Virus record (IMG/VR): IMGVR_UViG_3300029585_000037
Location: 1 to 64,000 of that record
Reading direction: 5' to 3' (one strand)
Length of the DNA stretch: 64,000 bases
Source of the DNA: a virus
The notes beneath the pieces are model-generated. The model had not been told where the DNA came from, ran no database searches, and saw nothing but the letters and a program-made list of their open reading frames with translations. Below are positions 62,799 to 64,000 of this stretch, piece by piece. The position numbers and the translations under genes are program-made. Numbering within the stretch: the stretch's first letter is position 1; the number at the start of each line of letters is the position of its first letter.

Positions 62799-64000
62799 AT
62801 GACACCAGGATTAAATTTAGCCGATTATGCTAAACAAGCCGTGAATAACGGACAGTCGCAGTTGATCGGTGGTTCGTCTATGCAAGAATTGAACCAATTA
62901 AACAAAGCGTTGGAAGCTGGGCAAATCACTGGCCGTGAGACTACTGATTTATCCACTGCTTCTGGTGCTCCTTTGAAAGTTGAGAGTCTTGACAAGACCT
63001 TAAAACATTTGACTTTCAAGGAAAGTGACATTGTACTTTGGAAAAACATTCCAAAGAAGTCTGCCTATAACACTGTAGAAGAGTACAACCAATTAGTTGA
63101 TTACGGTCAACAAAGAGGTGGTTTCTACAATGAAGGTGAATTACCTAATGAAGAGGACTCAACGTATGTAAGACGTGCTCAGTTAGTTAAGTTTATGGGA
63201 GTAGTGAAGTCTGTGACTCACCCTATGACCTTAGTTAACACGCATGTTGGAAATGCTATTGAGCGTGAAGTTAAGAATGGAACTATGTGGATTTTACGCC
63301 AATTGAACCGTTCTTTATACTTTGGTGATGAAACTCTTGTACCTCAAGAATTTAATGGCTTTTTAGCTCAACATCAAAAGAACTCTGGTTATACAGACCT
63401 TGATGCCTACTTCAATTCAGAAGTTGTAATAGACCTTAGAGGTCAGGCACTTTCAGAAGATGCTATTGAAGATGCAGCGAATGGAATTGTACAAAACTTT
63501 GGTTTAGGTACTCAATTATTTGCTCCACCAAAAGTATTATCTGATTTTGTTAAGAATTTCTATGGTAATAAATTTATCAATCCTAATACTAATCAGACTT
63601 CTGCTGGTATTATGGGTCAAAGAGTTCAAGCCTTTGATTCTCAATTCGGTAGAATTGGTTTAAATTGGGATATATTCTTTAACAAAAAAGCACCTAAGCG
63701 TTCTACTGCTGGTTCTACTTCACCTATGGCACCTCAGCCTGTAGTTACTGGAGCAGTTACGCCAGTTGGAGTAGATGCTTCATCTGCTTGGAATGCTGAT
63801 GATGCTGCTGATTATATCTATGCTGTTTCTGCTGTTAATAGATATGGAGAAAGTTCTTTAACAATACTTGGAGGTGGAAACCCTGCTACTGTTGTAGCTG
63901 GTGGTTCAGTAGATTTAGCCTTTACAGATGGTGGAGGTATCAATCCTGCAACAGCTTACCAAGTATATCGTTCAAATAAGAATGCTGCTACTGCTGCAGC
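62799..64000 (+). CDS. Major capsid protein (3' end beyond window)
   Basis: Not in the ORF track because no stop lies in the window; hand translation MTPGLNLADYAKQAVNNGQSQLIGGSSMQELNQLNKALEAGQITGRETTDLSTASGAPLKVESLDKTLKHLTFKESDIVLWKNIPKKSAYNTVEEYNQLVDYG... fits the N-terminal pattern of HK97-fold capsid proteins; follows protease-scaffold; noticeably higher G+C and biased codons. Confidence 0.7.
   Translation, partial: MTPGLNLADYAKQAVNNGQSQLIGGSSMQELNQLNKALEAGQITGRETTDLSTASGAPLKVESLDKTLKHLTFKESDIVLWKNIPKKSAYNTVEEYNQLVDYGQQRGGFYNEGELPNEEDSTYVRRAQLVKFMGVVKSVTHPMTLVNTHVGNAIEREVKNGTMWILRQLNRSLYFGDETLVPQEFNGFLAQHQKNSGYTDLDAYFNSEVVIDLRGQALSEDAIEDAANGIVQNFGLGTQLFAPPKVLSDFVKNFYGNKFINPNTNQTSAGIMGQRVQAFDSQFGRIGLNWDIFFNKKAPKRSTAGSTSPMAPQPVVTGAVTPVGVDASSAWNADDAADYIYAVSAVNRYGESSLTILGGGNPATVVAGGSVDLAFTDGGGINPATAYQVYRSNKNAATAA

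Overview
AT-rich (about 30% G+C by eye) 64-kb piece of a tailed-phage genome. Every credible gene is on the + strand. Genes are tightly packed with ATGA/overlap coupling, and Shine-Dalgarno sequences are almost absent, with A-rich leaders instead. That pattern, plus a TTTG...nAnnTTnG promoter-like motif, suggests a Bacteroidota-type host; this is inference only. No integrase, CRISPR array or transposon was seen.

Layout:
- 0.3-18 kb: nucleotide metabolism, replication and recombination. Contains a ThyA-fold enzyme, DnaE-type Pol III alpha, an HD nucleotidase, a DUF1599-like protein, a gp32-like SSB, RecA/UvsX, SbcD/SbcC, RuvC, a sigma-like protein, a UvrD-type helicase, RNase H and a nucleotide-sugar dehydrogenase.
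- 18-32 kb: about 45 small accessory ORFs. Several sit in terminator-plus-promoter insulated cassettes. A dCMP deaminase is also here.
- 32.9-35.7 kb: class II RNR and dUTPase operon.
- 36.47-36.92 kb: a tRNA-like gene followed by a complete tmRNA.
- 37-41 kb: epsilon-like exonuclease and large terminase.
- 41-49 kb: accessory genes, including an aGPT-Pplase-like DNA base hypermodification gene.
- 49-64 kb: portal, fibre-like proteins, lysis cassette, MuF-like protein, PIG-L deacetylase plus glycosyltransferase, a P-loop protein, protease-scaffold, and a major capsid protein that is 3'-truncated by the window.

Best leads:
- A full-length phage tmRNA with a divergent tag, next to a tRNA-like gene with a 6-nt anticodon loop.
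- A dispersed thymidine-hypermodification gene set (ThyA-like enzyme, aGPT-Pplase-like protein, pool-shaping enzymes, sugar enzymes) with no obvious kinase.
- A 44-nt palindrome-containing promoter/operator motif present four times.
- A roughly 28-aa basic module shared by three otherwise unrelated proteins.
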